64,000 bases of DNA from Chitinophaga pinensis (GTDB taxonomy: Bacteria; Bacteroidota; Bacteroidia; UKL13-3): assembly GCA_945898275.1 (NCBI GenBank), contig CAMDHZ010000002.1, forward strand, positions 5,007 through 69,006, in the 5' to 3' direction. The notes below the pieces were generated by a model that was given only the letters and a program-made list of their open reading frames with translations, had not been told where the DNA came from and searched no databases. The number at the start of each line of letters is the position of its first letter. Position 1 is the stretch's first letter. Shown piece after piece: positions 17,740 through 29,183 of the stretch. A program made the translations under genes and the position numbers.

Positions 17740-19422
17740 TTAAGGAATAATACCAGTTTCTATTTTTCTAGTTAAAGCTGGAGAATTTCCGCCAAGGGAT
17801 GCCGCTTTCTTCCATTGAATCAAAGCTGCATCCTTCTGACCCAACTTAAATAAAACATCACCATAATGCTCTAAAACTTCTGCACTATTTTCAAAGGATT
17901 TTAAAGATTTCTCGATTTGAACCTTTGCTTGTTCATAATCTCCTTTCATAAATAAAATCCAGCCATAAGTGTCTAAACTTGCTGCATTTGTTGGGTCAAA
18001 AACAAGTGAACGTTTGCTAAGATTCTCAGCTTTATCAAGATCTTTGTTGCGCAAACTTAAGAAGTAAGCGTAATTATTAAGGGCAAGTGAATTATCTGGA
18101 CTCAAAGCCAATACAGCTTCAAAAGCAGAATCACTTAACTCAAACTGATTTGAATGAAAAGCGACATCGCCTAAATTCAACAAAAGACTAATGAGAGATT
18201 CTTCATCCGTTGCAAATGTTATTCCTAACCTAGATGAATTTAAGGACTCCTCAATTTTACCAAGCCTTTTGCAGGCTACTCCAAAATAAATATAGGGCGC
18301 AGGATACTGAGGAAATAGCTCCATCATCCTTTTGCAATCCTCTTTCATCCAATCAAATTTTGAAAGTTGTTGGTCGCAAACTATGATTTGATCCCATGCC
18401 ACAAGTTCTGAAGGATTTACCTCTGTAGCCTTGATGTACCAAATTCTGGCATTTTCAAAATCACTTTGTTGTAAAAACAAATCACCTTTAAATAGATAGG
18501 GTTCGGGATTATTAGCATTTGTTTCTAGGAAAACATCTACCAAAGCATCACACTTTTTTAGGTGGTCTGAACCAAAAACTTTTGAAGGAATTAATATTGA
18601 AAGCATTTTTAACTTGGCATTTGGGTCAACCCTAGAGGCCATACCAAGCTTTACCATTTCATAGTACTTTTCTAAATCATTCTTCGATTTATAATAATCT
18701 GCTAAAGAAAATGCCGCGTATCCATTTTTTGGTTCAACCAGAAGTATTTCTGAATATAATTTAATAGCCTTATCTTGTTGTTTGTAGTTTAAATACAAAT
18801 CTGCTAACATTCCTTTAATCGTTGTATTATCTGGATTATTAGCTACAAATTTTTCCAACTCTTTTATAGCATTTGTAGGCTTGTTTAAAATAAGATAAAG
18901 TTTTTCCTTTTGTAGGGTATAATTTTCGTTTGAACCAAAATACTTTTCAAGCTGGTCATAGGTTTTTACAGCATTAGTATAATCGCCCTTTCTAAGTTGT
19001 AAGTCGGCTTTTAGATTTAAAAAATCTATGTTTTTCGTAAGCTTAAAACTTCTTTCACACTGCGCAATTGCTTCATTTACTTGGCTAGTTTCTTTAAAAC
19101 AATTGATAAGAAATTTTGCATACCACTCATTCTCTGGCGCCAACTTAACCGCCTTTTCAGCATAATTTAGCGCTTCATCTCTCTTTTTGTTTGAATACAA
19201 AACAAAAGCAAGTTGAAAGTTAACATCAGCCGAACTTTGATTAATTGCCAATGCAGCTTTAAAGTGCTTCTCTGCTTCTTCATAATTCTTAATTATCTTT
19301 TCTTTATTGCCATCAAAAAATAGCTTATCAAAAGACAATCGGTCTTTTTCAGACATTGCAGGCTGCGCAAAAGAATGCGCAAATAGTAAAAAAAGAAAGA
19401 GTAAAAAGTTAAATCTTATCAT
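17740..19422 (-). CDS. TPR-repeat protein
   Basis: Multiple TPRs; C-terminal LNNYAY.L...DTYGWILF...EHYGDVL motif. The start is probably ATG 19422. Confidence 0.88.
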   Translation of the reverse strand: MIRFNFLLFLFLLFAHSFAQPAMSEKDRLSFDKLFFDGNKEKIIKNYEEAEKHFKAALAINQSSADVNFQLAFVLYSNKKRDEALNYAEKAVKLAPENEWYAKFLINCFKETSQVNEAIAQCERSFKLTKNIDFLNLKADLQLRKGDYTNAVKTYDQLEKYFGSNENYTLQKEKLYLILNKPTNAIKELEKFVANNPDNTTIKGMLADLYLNYKQQDKAIKLYSEILLVEPKNGYAAFSLADYYKSKNDLEKYYEMVKLGMASRVDPNAKLKMLSILIPSKVFGSDHLKKCDALVDVFLETNANNPEPYLFKGDLFLQQSDFENARIWYIKATEVNPSELVAWDQIIVCDQQLSKFDWMKEDCKRMMELFPQYPAPYIYFGVACKRLGKIEESLNSSRLGITFATDEESLISLLLNLGDVAFHSNQFELSDSAFEAVLALSPDNSLALNNYAYFLSLRNKDLDKAENLSKRSLVFDPTNAASLDTYGWILFMKGDYEQAKVQIEKSLKSFENSAEVLEHYGDVLFKLGQKDAALIQWKKAASLGGNSPALTRKIETGIIP

Positions 19423-19466
19423 AGCCTTAAAATCATTGCATATCAAACGCAACAACTGGGCATAAA

Positions 19467-20477
19467 TTACTGAATTGTAGTGAAATCGCCAACACTCAAA
19501 TCTTTAGCTTCACCATTATAAACAACAAAGCTTCCAATCATGGCATTGTCTATGTTAGCATTGCTAATTTTGGTATTGGATTGAATAATGCAATTTCCAA
19601 CAATTGAATTTTCTATCACGCAATTATCAGCAATAGTAGCATTTGGACCAATAACGCTTCGTGTAATTTTAACATTCTTTCCAATCAAACTTGGTTGAAT
19701 AATTTGAGAGCTTACTGTTTCAACAGAATCATCCACCATAACTTGACCAGCTTCGTTCATAAAATGTAAAATACGAGAGTTGGTGTAAACTGTAGAATTC
19801 TTATTTCCACAATCCAACCATTCTGTAACTTTACCTGGTTCAAACTTTAAACCCTTTGCCTTCATATTTTCTAAGGCATTGGTAAGCTGATATTCACCTT
19901 TTTCACGAACATCATTATCTAACAAATACTGCAATTCTGAACGTAAATTCAAACCATCTTTGAAATAATAAATACCAATAATGGCTAAGTCAGAAACAAA
20001 ATGCTCAGGTTTTTCAACAAAATCTGTGATTACATTATTTTCATTAACCTTCACCACTCCAAAAGGCTTGGGATCATCAACTTTTTGAACCCAAATGATG
20101 CCATCCTTACTGCGGTCTAAAGTAAAATCAGCTTTAAATAGCGTATCAGCAAAAACAACTAATACATTTCCATCCAAACTTTCTTTGGCACACATAATTG
20201 CATGAGCAGTGCCTAAGGGCTCATGTTGATAGTAAATAGAACCTTTGGCACCTAGTTTTTCAGCCACAGCAATTAGCTGTTTTTCAACAGCCTCGCCAAA
20301 GGTTGGCCCAATGATATAGGCAACTTCTTCTATGCCAGTTCCACAGACTTTTTCTAAATCTTCAATAATTTTCTGAACAATTGGTTTTCCAGCAACTGGA
20401 ATTAATGGTTTAGGAACAGTTAAAGTATGAGGGCGCATACGCTTTCCCATACCAGCCATAGGAACTATAATTTTCAT
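19467..20477 (-). CDS. Sugar-phosphate nucleotidyltransferase
   Basis: PMAGMGKRMRPHT..VPKPL and EKP motifs; C-terminal left-handed beta-helix-like repeats. Confidence 0.9.
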   Translation of the reverse strand: MKIIVPMAGMGKRMRPHTLTVPKPLIPVAGKPIVQKIIEDLEKVCGTGIEEVAYIIGPTFGEAVEKQLIAVAEKLGAKGSIYYQHEPLGTAHAIMCAKESLDGNVLVVFADTLFKADFTLDRSKDGIIWVQKVDDPKPFGVVKVNENNVITDFVEKPEHFVSDLAIIGIYYFKDGLNLRSELQYLLDNDVREKGEYQLTNALENMKAKGLKFEPGKVTEWLDCGNKNSTVYTNSRILHFMNEAGQVMVDDSVETVSSQIIQPSLIGKNVKITRSVIGPNATIADNCVIENSIVGNCIIQSNTKISNANIDNAMIGSFVVYNGEAKDLSVGDFTTIQ

Positions 20478-20542
20478 CTTAATAACAGATTTTGCGCAAC
20501 CTAATACAAACTGCTAAAATTTCAAAACCTCTTCAACCTATT

Positions 20543-20977
20543 TTATTTTCCTGTGCTTCCATATCCGCCATCTCCTCTTTCAGTATCGCTTAGTTTTTCA
20601 GTTAATTGCCACTGAATCAATTCATGACGAGCAAGAATCATTTGGGCAATTCTTTCTCCATTTGTAATTTCAAATTCTGCTTGTCCTAAGTTAATTAACA
20701 ATACCTTAATCTCTCCTCTATAATCAGCATCAATGGTTCCAGGACTGTTTAACACTGTAATTCCATGCTTCAAGGCAAGGCCGCTTCTGGGTCTAATTTG
20801 AATTTCATAACCAACTGGAATCTCAAGATACAAGCCAGTTGGAACCAAAGCTCTTTCCATTGGCTTTAATATTATTGGTTCAAGCAAAAACGCTGAAATA
20901 TCTAAACCAGCAGCATGTATGGTTTGATAATTTGGAAGTTTAGAATCACTTTTATTAATTACTTTAACTTGAATCAT
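20543..20977 (-). CDS. dut: dUTP diphosphatase
   Basis: [26 protein letters not shown] and RG.GGYGSTG motifs. Confidence 0.98.
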   Translation of the reverse strand: MIQVKVINKSDSKLPNYQTIHAAGLDISAFLLEPIILKPMERALVPTGLYLEIPVGYEIQIRPRSGLALKHGITVLNSPGTIDADYRGEIKVLLINLGQAEFEITNGERIAQMILARHELIQWQLTEKLSDTERGDGGYGSTGK

Positions 20978-22452
20978 TACTTTTTCTTTAAGATTCCTCT
21001 GATGGATTTTCCTTCAAAAGTATAGGCGACAAGGATGAATACAAAGAGCAAAACAATTCGAATCAACCCATTAATCAGTGGTTTAATTTCAAGATTTGTA
21101 TCCGTCCATCTTACTAAAAAATAAAAGGAAATGGACAAAACTGTATAGGTTAAAATTCTTCCAAGGTTATAGGGAACAGGGAAATATTTTTGACCCCAAA
21201 CATAGCCAATGATAAGCATGGTTAAATAACAAATAAATGTGGTAATTGCACAGCCCATATAACCATAAATAGGAACCAATAATATATTAAGAATTATAGT
21301 AATGGCAGCACCAATCATTGATATTTGGGCTCCCTTTTTGGTTTGATCTGTTAACTTATACCAAATAGAAACGTTGTAATACATGCCCAGAAATATATTT
21401 GCCCATAATAAGATTGGAACAATAAATAAGCCTTCATGAAATTTTACATCAATAAACCTTTTGAAAATATCCATGTAAAAGGTAACAACTAAGAAGATGA
21501 ACATACAAAGCCAAGCAAAATAATTCATCACTCTGGCATATAATTCACGTTTATCAGTTTGCTTAGCATGTGCAAAAAAGAAAGGTTCAGCTGCGTATTT
21601 ATAAGCCTGAATAAAAAGCGTGATAATTATCGAAAGTTTGTAATTAGCTGAATAAATGCCATTCATAGACATGGCCTCAATGGGGTCATGCCATAAATAT
21701 TTTATAATTGTTCTGTCGAGTGTTTCATTAACCATACCCGCTAAACCAACCCAAATCATTGGGGTGGCATAAGAAATCATTTTTGTATATAAGTTTGGGT
21801 CAAACCTAAAACCAACAAGCCTGATCTCTTTCATTAACAATAGTAAAGTAAATGAGCTTGCCGTTAAATTTGCTATGAAGACAGCATTGATTCCTAACCC
21901 TTCTTTCCAAAAAATTAAATTGACCCCAAAATGCGATTTGCAATATGGTCCTGCTACTAATAAATAGAGGGTTATAAGAATATTCAATAAAATATTTAGG
22001 TTCTTTATGACAGCAAACTTTAGGGCGCTATTTTGCTGCCGCAATAAGGCAAAAGGAATAGCTGCCAGCGCATCTGTAATAAGTATCCCAGCAGAGAAAT
22101 ATAAAAACTCGGGGTTATCCCCAAACCCAATTACCTTAGAAATCGTATTTCCAAAAAACAAGATAAATAAACCAAACAAAAAGGAGATAAAAGCAACTGA
22201 AAAGAAGGCATTTGCATACACTTGTTTTTCACCAGAATCTTGTGAAAACTTGAAGAAAGTGGTTTCCATTCCATGAGTGAGGAGAATATTTATAAAGGAA
22301 ATGTAACCATAAAATTCTGCGTTAGCGCCAAATTCGGCTTGAGAAAAAACCCTGGTCAAAATAGGGACTAATAAATAATTTATCAACCTCCCAACGATGC
22401 TGCTTAGGCCATAAATAGCAGTATCACCAACTAATTTTTTTATTGCGCTCAC
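20977..22452 (-). CDS. Polysaccharide/oligosaccharide flippase (Wzx/MOP family)
   Basis: About 14 TMs; [11 protein letters not shown] start typical of this conserved Bacteroidota gene upstream of dut. Confidence 0.85.
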   Translation of the reverse strand: MSAIKKLVGDTAIYGLSSIVGRLINYLLVPILTRVFSQAEFGANAEFYGYISFINILLTHGMETTFFKFSQDSGEKQVYANAFFSVAFISFLFGLFILFFGNTISKVIGFGDNPEFLYFSAGILITDALAAIPFALLRQQNSALKFAVIKNLNILLNILITLYLLVAGPYCKSHFGVNLIFWKEGLGINAVFIANLTASSFTLLLLMKEIRLVGFRFDPNLYTKMISYATPMIWVGLAGMVNETLDRTIIKYLWHDPIEAMSMNGIYSANYKLSIIITLFIQAYKYAAEPFFFAHAKQTDKRELYARVMNYFAWLCMFIFLVVTFYMDIFKRFIDVKFHEGLFIVPILLWANIFLGMYYNVSIWYKLTDQTKKGAQISMIGAAITIILNILLVPIYGYMGCAITTFICYLTMLIIGYVWGQKYFPVPYNLGRILTYTVLSISFYFLVRWTDTNLEIKPLINGLIRIVLLFVFILVAYTFEGKSIRGILKKK

Positions 22453-22546
22453 TTAATAAGAGTATAATTGCAAAGAACAATAAAAACATTAAAAAAACTC
22501 AGTTTTATCGGCATTGTTATTTATTAGTTAATTTTGTTTGAACCAA

Positions 22547-24355
22547 ATGCAACGTAAACTCACAATATTTATATTAATTCTGTTCTCTCACTTTTTAGCT
22601 TTGGCTCAAAAAGTAGATGAAGAATTGGCTGCGCAATTCCTGGCAAATAAAGAGTATGTTAAGGCGTCAGATAAGTATGAAAAATTATTAGGGTCGAACC
22701 CAAAGTCTATTTATTTTTATGACAACTTATTGAAATCCTATATAGGATTGCAGGATTACAACGCTGCACAGAAATTGATAAGAAAGCAAATAAAGCGCTT
22801 TGAAGGAAACTACTATTATGCAGTTGATGAAGGATACCTTTATCAACTTCAGGGTTTAAGTGAAAAAGCCAATCAAACTTATCAAAAATTGATTCAAAAT
22901 TTACCCTTAAGTGAGGAAAAGATTTTTGAGCTTGCAAGAGCTTTTGAAAAAAGAAAACAACTTAGTTTGGCCATTGAATCGTTTTCGAAAGGAAGGAAAA
23001 ATCTAAAATCAGAGCAACTATTTGCCAATGAGTTGGCAGGCCTTTACTTGGATTTGGGTGACAAAAAGAACTTTATTGAAGAATTGCTAAATTCTTTGAT
23101 TGTTTCAGAACAACATTTGGAAGAAGTTGAAGGGTTGTTTCAAAACAACATCGAAACAAAGGAAGAATATGAGTTGCTCAAAAGCAATTTGAACAAAAAA
23201 CTCAAACAATTTCCAGATAAAAATTGCTTTCAAGAATTAATGATTTGGTTTCATGTACAAAGAAGCGAATATGAACTAGCTTCAATTTACGCAAAATCTT
23301 TGGACAAAAAATACAAAGAAGACGGCAGAAGATTATTAGAACTTGGCTTTTTAGCTAGCAGTAATGAAAGATATGATGCAGCAATTTCCATTTACAAACA
23401 AGTACAAAACTTAGGTAAGGAAAAACCTTATTACAATTATTCAAAAAGTAGCGAATTAGAGGCAAGAACTAAAAAACTAGTTCAAGGAAATTATACTAAT
23501 GAAGATTTATTAATACTTGAAAATGAGTATAAATTAACCATAAATGAAATGGGCATTAATCCTATAAATGCGGCCACTATTAAGCTTCTGGCAAATCTTC
23601 AAGCCTTTCACTTACGTAAATATGAGGAGGCTATAGTTAATTATCAAACGATACTTAATATGCCCAGAACAGATAGATATTTACAAGCTCAAGTTAAATT
23701 AGAACTTGGCGATTTGTACCTATTAAAAAATGAAATTTGGGAATCGATGTTGCTTTATGGACAGGTTGATAAAGACTTTTTAGAAGAACCTATTGGCCAG
23801 GAGGCTAAATTTAGAAATGCAAAACTTAGTTATTTTCTTGGAGAATTTGATTGGGCAAAAGCACAATTGGATGTCCTAAAAACTGCAACCACACAGCTTA
23901 TTTCTAATAATGCCATCGAATTGAGCTTGATTATTCAAGATAATACTATTGATAGCAATGAGACAGAGCCGCTAGCCTTGTTTGCAAAAGCCGATTTAAA
24001 CCTAACCCAGAACAATTTGGTTCAAGCCAAAAGCTTGCTGGATAGTTTACAACAGCTATATCCAAAATCTGGATTAATGGATGATATTGCTTACAAAAGA
24101 GCAGAAATTTCCATGAAAATGAAAAATTATGAAGAAGCAGCAAAGTATTTTTCAGCAGTTTTCACAGAATTTGGCAGTGATATTTTAGGTGACAATGCCT
24201 TATATCAATTAGCCCTAATTCAGCAACATAAGCTAAATAATAAAGAGGAGGCTTTAAAAAGCTACGAAAAATTTATCGCGTCCTATTCTAGTAGTTTTTT
24301 CCTAAATGATTGCAATAAACAATACAGAATCTTAAGAGGAGATCAAATCAATTAA
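22547..24355 (+). CDS. TPR-repeat periplasmic protein
   Basis: Signal peptide and TPRs; QLDVLK.ATTQLISN.A motif; TAATTTTG -7 box at 22529-22536. Confidence 0.85.
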   Translation: MQRKLTIFILILFSHFLALAQKVDEELAAQFLANKEYVKASDKYEKLLGSNPKSIYFYDNLLKSYIGLQDYNAAQKLIRKQIKRFEGNYYYAVDEGYLYQLQGLSEKANQTYQKLIQNLPLSEEKIFELARAFEKRKQLSLAIESFSKGRKNLKSEQLFANELAGLYLDLGDKKNFIEELLNSLIVSEQHLEEVEGLFQNNIETKEEYELLKSNLNKKLKQFPDKNCFQELMIWFHVQRSEYELASIYAKSLDKKYKEDGRRLLELGFLASSNERYDAAISIYKQVQNLGKEKPYYNYSKSSELEARTKKLVQGNYTNEDLLILENEYKLTINEMGINPINAATIKLLANLQAFHLRKYEEAIVNYQTILNMPRTDRYLQAQVKLELGDLYLLKNEIWESMLLYGQVDKDFLEEPIGQEAKFRNAKLSYFLGEFDWAKAQLDVLKTATTQLISNNAIELSLIIQDNTIDSNETEPLALFAKADLNLTQNNLVQAKSLLDSLQQLYPKSGLMDDIAYKRAEISMKMKNYEEAAKYFSAVFTEFGSDILGDNALYQLALIQQHKLNNKEEALKSYEKFIASYSSSFFLNDCNKQYRILRGDQIN

Positions 24356-24358
24356 TTT

Positions 24359-24667
24359 ATGATAGTTTATAATGTTACGATAAATGTGGAAGATGAAATT
24401 CATGAACAATGGCTTTCTTGGATGAAAAGCGAACATCTGCCTCAAGTAATGGCAACTGGTATGTTTGAAAACTATAAAATGATGCGACTAATAAGTCGTC
24501 AAGAGGATGAGACAGGACAAACCTATGCCATTCAATATTATTGCAAAGACACGGAGACTTATGAGGCTTACCAACAAAATTTCGCGCCGGCTTTACAAGC
24601 TGAAACACGAAAGAAATTTGATGGAAAATTTATTGCATTTAGAACCTTGCTAGAAATGTGTGAATAA
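24359..24667 (+). CDS. DUF4286 family protein
   Basis: MI.YNVT...WL.WM...H.P, TYAIQY and F.GKF.AFRT motifs. Confidence 0.88.
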   Translation: MIVYNVTINVEDEIHEQWLSWMKSEHLPQVMATGMFENYKMMRLISRQEDETGQTYAIQYYCKDTETYEAYQQNFAPALQAETRKKFDGKFIAFRTLLEMCE

Positions 24668-24873
24668 TCGCCATTCACATAAATTATACACTATTTATCA
24701 GTAAAATTTAGCTGTTTATATAGTTTTTTGCTTCCGTTACAAAAGTTATATGATTGATTATCATAAAACTAAAAAAATAACAGTAAGACTCACCACTTAA
24801 ATGGTTTTTATGGCAATTCAAATAACTATTTTTGAAGAAGTTATTTGTTAAAGGCATTAAAAATTCTTAAATC

Positions 24874-26022
24874 ATGGCCTCATTTTTACTCTTCTTTTTT
24901 CAAATAGGTTTGGCATTATATACAATATTAATTCTGGGGTTGATATTGATATATCTAATAAAGAACCTTATCTATAGAGAAGCTATTGTATCTTTACCAG
25001 AGAAGGAGCTTCATGAAAAACAACTAGCAATTGTATTTTACAATTTTGCAAATGAAAAAGAGATTGTTGCACGTATTCAAGAGCTCCAAAATCAAAACTA
25101 TTTTAATTATACAGCATACTTTTTTATTAAAACTCCAATTATTGAAACAAACAATTTAAAGAATATCAAAATTATAAGGCCGATTCAAAGCCGGCTGACA
25201 GGATTGAATTTCTTAGAAATTGTAAAACCTTATATAGAAAAGACGCCCGATGCTGTAATTGCCATAAAAAGCGATTCTTGCATCTCAAAGGATTATCTAA
25301 ATTGTATGAACCTAAATTTGATGAAAGGCAAAAAAGTGGTTCAATCTCAAGTAATTATTGATGGTAATAATGAAAGTTTAGGCGTATATCAAAAATTTGC
25401 TACAGAAGTTTTGAACCTAATTGATAGAGAGGCTCCAAATGCTTTAGGTATTTCTGCAGCCATCTGGGAACAAGGATTTATGATGCAATACCAGATATTT
25501 AAAGAAATAAACTTTCAACTAATTGCGGGTAATGATAAGTTGCTACAAGCAGAAATAATAAGTAGGTCCATCAAGATTGATTACGATGCAACAGCCAGGA
25601 TTTTGGGAAAAACACTCAAAAAAGAGCACTATAAAATTAAAAAGCAATTACATTTAAAAATGTATTTTCATAATATTCAGCTTGGGTTCAAGCTATTAAA
25701 AGAAGGAATAAAACACCCTAATATAGACAAAATTGTATTTGGCATGAATTACTTAAGACCTCCAGTTTATATAGCCTTAGCCTCGTCTTTACTACTTTTC
25801 TTTCTAAACGTATTACAAGATGAAAAAACTAGCACTTTCAATCTAATTGCAGGTTTTGGCATTCTAAGCTGTATCTTAGTTTTACTAAAAGGGCAAACGT
25901 TTATAAATATTGTAAATCAAATAAACAATTCCAATAATAGTTTTAGGTTGAACCAAAAAAGACATGATCATAAAGGTTCTTTTAACTATGCAGACCAAAA
26001 CTTACACAAAAACCTAGGTTAA
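24874..26022 (+). CDS. Degenerate GT2-like membrane protein
   Basis: N- and C-terminal TMs with GT2-like layout (VVQS, LGISAA..GFM), but the DxD and QxxRW motifs are not retained. Confidence 0.6.
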   Translation: MASFLLFFFQIGLALYTILILGLILIYLIKNLIYREAIVSLPEKELHEKQLAIVFYNFANEKEIVARIQELQNQNYFNYTAYFFIKTPIIETNNLKNIKIIRPIQSRLTGLNFLEIVKPYIEKTPDAVIAIKSDSCISKDYLNCMNLNLMKGKKVVQSQVIIDGNNESLGVYQKFATEVLNLIDREAPNALGISAAIWEQGFMMQYQIFKEINFQLIAGNDKLLQAEIISRSIKIDYDATARILGKTLKKEHYKIKKQLHLKMYFHNIQLGFKLLKEGIKHPNIDKIVFGMNYLRPPVYIALASSLLLFFLNVLQDEKTSTFNLIAGFGILSCILVLLKGQTFINIVNQINNSNNSFRLNQKRHDHKGSFNYADQNLHKNLG

Positions 26023-26071
26023 GATATACTTTAAAAAAGTAATCGTTAAAAGTCAATATTGAATGAAATTA

Positions 26072-27547
26072 TTAGATTTCCTTTCTTAAGCGGGCAACAG
26101 GAATATTCATTTGTTCTCGGTATTTAGCCACGGTTCTACGTGCAATATTGTAACCTTTTTCTTTTAGAATATCCATCAACCTTTCATCTGGGAGAGGTTT
26201 TGACTTATCTTCTGATTCAATGGCGTCTTTAAGAATTTTCTTAACTTCTCTACTACTTACTTCCTCGCCATCATCCGTTTGAATTCCTTCACTGAAAAAA
26301 AACTTCAAAGCAAAAGTGCCATATTGTGTTTGTACATACTTGCTATTTGCCACCCTACTAATGGTTGAAATATCTAAACCAGTAATTTCGGCAATATCTT
26401 TTAAAATCATTGGTCGAAGAAAAGTTTCATCTCCTTCTTCAAAAAACCTATACTGAAATTTTAAAATAGCATTCATTGTACCTAAAAGCGTTTGGTGCCT
26501 TTGTCTAATGCTATCTATAAACCACCTTGCGCCATCCAATTTTTGTTTGATAAACTGAGCAGTTTCCTTTTGTTCACGGGTAGGAGTTTTTGCTTCATCA
26601 AATCCTTTTAAGGTTTCTAAGTAACTTCTACTTATTCGCAAATCTGGTGCATTTCTAGAATTTAAATGAACCACAAATTTATCTCCTTCTTCAATTAAGA
26701 TAAAATCAGGCGTAATATATTGAGTAGCGGTGGTATCAATTGATTCACCTGGCTTAGGATTTAATTTTGTGATAACTTGAATACTCAGCTTTAGCTCTTC
26801 TTCAGAAATCTTTAATTGTTTTGAAAGCTTATCATAGTGCTTTTTAATAAAATCATCAAAATGCTCACTTAAGATAGACGCAGCAATACTTACAGGTAAA
26901 ATTTTCTGGTCTTTTCTTTTTAACTGCAACAATAGACATTCTTGCAACGAAGTTGCTCCAATTCCAGCAGGATCTAGATTTTGAATTTTATTCAGGATTT
27001 TGCTTAAGTCATTGGCAGAAGTATCTACATTCATAGAAAAAGCCAAATCATTGCCAATAGCGGCTAAAGGTCTACGCAAATATCCGTCATCGTCTATAGA
27101 ACCAATAATTTGGTTACCAATAATCAATTCTCTTTCATCCTCTGCTATTGCCGAGAACTGCTCCATTAATTCTTCATGGAAAGAATTAGCTTCTACAATT
27201 GGTCTTTCTTTTCGCTCTTCATCACCTTCATCACTCAAATGAAAACCATCAGGATCATATTCGTCGTTGACATATTCCTTTACATCAAAAGTCTCTTCTT
27301 TTAAAAAATCATCGACATTTAAATCAGAGGCTTCATCAGTTGTGGCCAATTCAGACTCTTTGATTGGATCAGTTTCACCAGGGGCGGCATCTGTATCTTC
27401 GGCCTTTAAAAGAGCAGGATTCTCTATGAGTTCTTGGTCAATTCTCTGCAGAATATCAACAGAATTCAACTGCAACAATTTTATAAATTGAATTTGTTGC
27501 GGAGATAACTTTTGCGTTTGAGTTTGCTGTAGGCCTTGTTTTAACAT
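26072..27547 (-). CDS. rpoN: RNA polymerase sigma-54 factor
   Basis: Q-rich region I, STISRV HTH and RpoN box ARRTVAKYRE. The start is probably ATG 27547. Confidence 0.97.
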   Translation of the reverse strand: MLKQGLQQTQTQKLSPQQIQFIKLLQLNSVDILQRIDQELIENPALLKAEDTDAAPGETDPIKESELATTDEASDLNVDDFLKEETFDVKEYVNDEYDPDGFHLSDEGDEERKERPIVEANSFHEELMEQFSAIAEDERELIIGNQIIGSIDDDGYLRRPLAAIGNDLAFSMNVDTSANDLSKILNKIQNLDPAGIGATSLQECLLLQLKRKDQKILPVSIAASILSEHFDDFIKKHYDKLSKQLKISEEELKLSIQVITKLNPKPGESIDTTATQYITPDFILIEEGDKFVVHLNSRNAPDLRISRSYLETLKGFDEAKTPTREQKETAQFIKQKLDGARWFIDSIRQRHQTLLGTMNAILKFQYRFFEEGDETFLRPMILKDIAEITGLDISTISRVANSKYVQTQYGTFALKFFFSEGIQTDDGEEVSSREVKKILKDAIESEDKSKPLPDERLMDILKEKGYNIARRTVAKYREQMNIPVARLRKEI

Positions 27548-27574
27548 GTGCTGATGCAAAATTAAGAAAAAACC

Positions 27575-28294
27575 TTAATCATAGCGCTCAAAATGGATAT
27601 GTTCTTTTGGGTAACCCAGTAAAGCAAGCCGCTCTCTAGCTTCCTTTAACATTGCACTCCAGCCACATATGAAAAATTCTGCTGGTCTTTTGTTGGAAAA
27701 AATATCCTCATAAACCTGATGTACATAACCAATTCTGCCATTCCAAGTTTCTGATGTCTCCCTTGATAGCACAGGAATAAAATGAACAGACTTATGTTTT
27801 TCTGTTAATTCTACCATTTCTTCATAGTATAAAAGGTCGTCTTTTGTGCGGGCACCAAAAACAAAATAAATTCTATGGTGCTGGATTTTGTTATTAATAA
27901 TGTGCCACAACATGCTTCGTAATGGTGCTATTCCAGTGCCTGTGCAGATGAAACATAAATCATGATGAATGTATTCTGGTAAAACAAATTTGCCAATAGG
28001 ACCAGCACACATAACCTTACTTCCTACTTCAAAATTATCCCAAATAAATGGAGTTCCAGCCCCAGGTGGATTAAGTACAATAATTAATTCAAACTGATTT
28101 GAACCATCAGGCGTAGAAGCTATACTATATGACCGATAGGGAATCTTTGCATTTATATCAAGTTGAAGCATAACAAACTGACCTGCTTTATATTCAAATT
28201 TATCCTTCGCAACAACACTAAAAAAATATCTTCTGGTAGTAGAAGTTTCATTAATTATTTTCACAATTTCAGTTTCAAAAAAGGTTTGCTTCAT
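27575..28294 (-). CDS. Ferredoxin-NADP reductase-like FAD/NAD-binding oxidoreductase
   Basis: GQF, RSYSIAS, GP.GKF, TGTGIAP and ICG motifs. Confidence 0.9.
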   Translation of the reverse strand: MKQTFFETEIVKIINETSTTRRYFFSVVAKDKFEYKAGQFVMLQLDINAKIPYRSYSIASTPDGSNQFELIIVLNPPGAGTPFIWDNFEVGSKVMCAGPIGKFVLPEYIHHDLCFICTGTGIAPLRSMLWHIINNKIQHHRIYFVFGARTKDDLLYYEEMVELTEKHKSVHFIPVLSRETSETWNGRIGYVHQVYEDIFSNKRPAEFFICGWSAMLKEARERLALLGYPKEHIHFERYD

Positions 28295-28366
28295 AACTTT
28301 AATTTTAGATTAGAGTAAAACCAAATGTAATCATTTTACAGTTTAGATAAACAGGAAAAAAAACTT

Positions 28367-28376
28367 GGTTCAAACC
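28367..28376 (+). repeat. Dispersed GGTTCAAACC motif (intergenic copy upstream of comF)
   Basis: Exact copy of a 10-mer seen at least 7 times in the window. Confidence 0.6.
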
Positions 28377-28471
28377 ATTTAAATGAAACAAACAATAAAA
28401 AAAAGGAATCTTGGTTAGTTTAAGTAAAAATTAAGGGATTAATCAAATCTCAATTGTTAAATTGCACACTT

Positions 28472-29152
28472 ATGCTCAAAGACATTTTACAAATAATTTT
28501 TCCTAACCTCTGTATCAATTGCCATCAAACATTGGTTTTAAATGAAAAGCTATTGTGCTTAAATTGTCAATTAGAGTTGCCAGAAACTCAATATCATCTT
28601 ATGGATGAGAATAGTATAGAAAAATCCCTTTGGGGAAAGATTCCATTTCAAAGGGCATTTTCATTTCTGTATTTTAACCAAGAAGGCATTACGCAAAAAA
28701 TTTTGCACGAATTAAAATACAAAGGAAATGAAGACCTAGCGGTACTTTTAGGTAAGATTTATGGTCAGAGACTTAAAAATAGTAAGGCAGTTGAAGATAT
28801 AGAGGGAATTATGGCTATTCCATTGCACCCTATTAAATTACGAAAAAGAGGTTATAACCAAAGTCAAGCCTTTGCAAATGGTTTAGCGGAGGTTTTAGAA
28901 ATACCAGACTACAGCTCATTACTATTTAGAAAAAAAAATACAGCAACTCAAACACAAAAATCTAGGCTCGAACGTTGGAATAATGTAAAGTCGGTTTTTG
29001 GAGTTAAAAATGCTGAAACAATACAAAATAAACATATACTTGTTGTGGATGATGTGATAACAACTGGTGCAACCATTGAAAGTTGTGTAAGAGAAATCAT
29101 TGAAAAATCAAATTGTACACTTAGTATTGCAAGTATTGCTCATGCAGCGTAA
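28472..29152 (+). CDS. comF: ComF family protein (double zinc ribbon + PRTase domain)
   Basis: CxxC...CxxC, LKY.G, RGYNQS and VDDVITTGAT motifs; ATG at 28472. Confidence 0.9.
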   Translation: MLKDILQIIFPNLCINCHQTLVLNEKLLCLNCQLELPETQYHLMDENSIEKSLWGKIPFQRAFSFLYFNQEGITQKILHELKYKGNEDLAVLLGKIYGQRLKNSKAVEDIEGIMAIPLHPIKLRKRGYNQSQAFANGLAEVLEIPDYSSLLFRKKNTATQTQKSRLERWNNVKSVFGVKNAETIQNKHILVVDDVITTGATIESCVREIIEKSNCTLSIASIAHAA

Positions 29153-29183
29153 ACATGAAACAAAGTTCTACCCATAGTAAATT

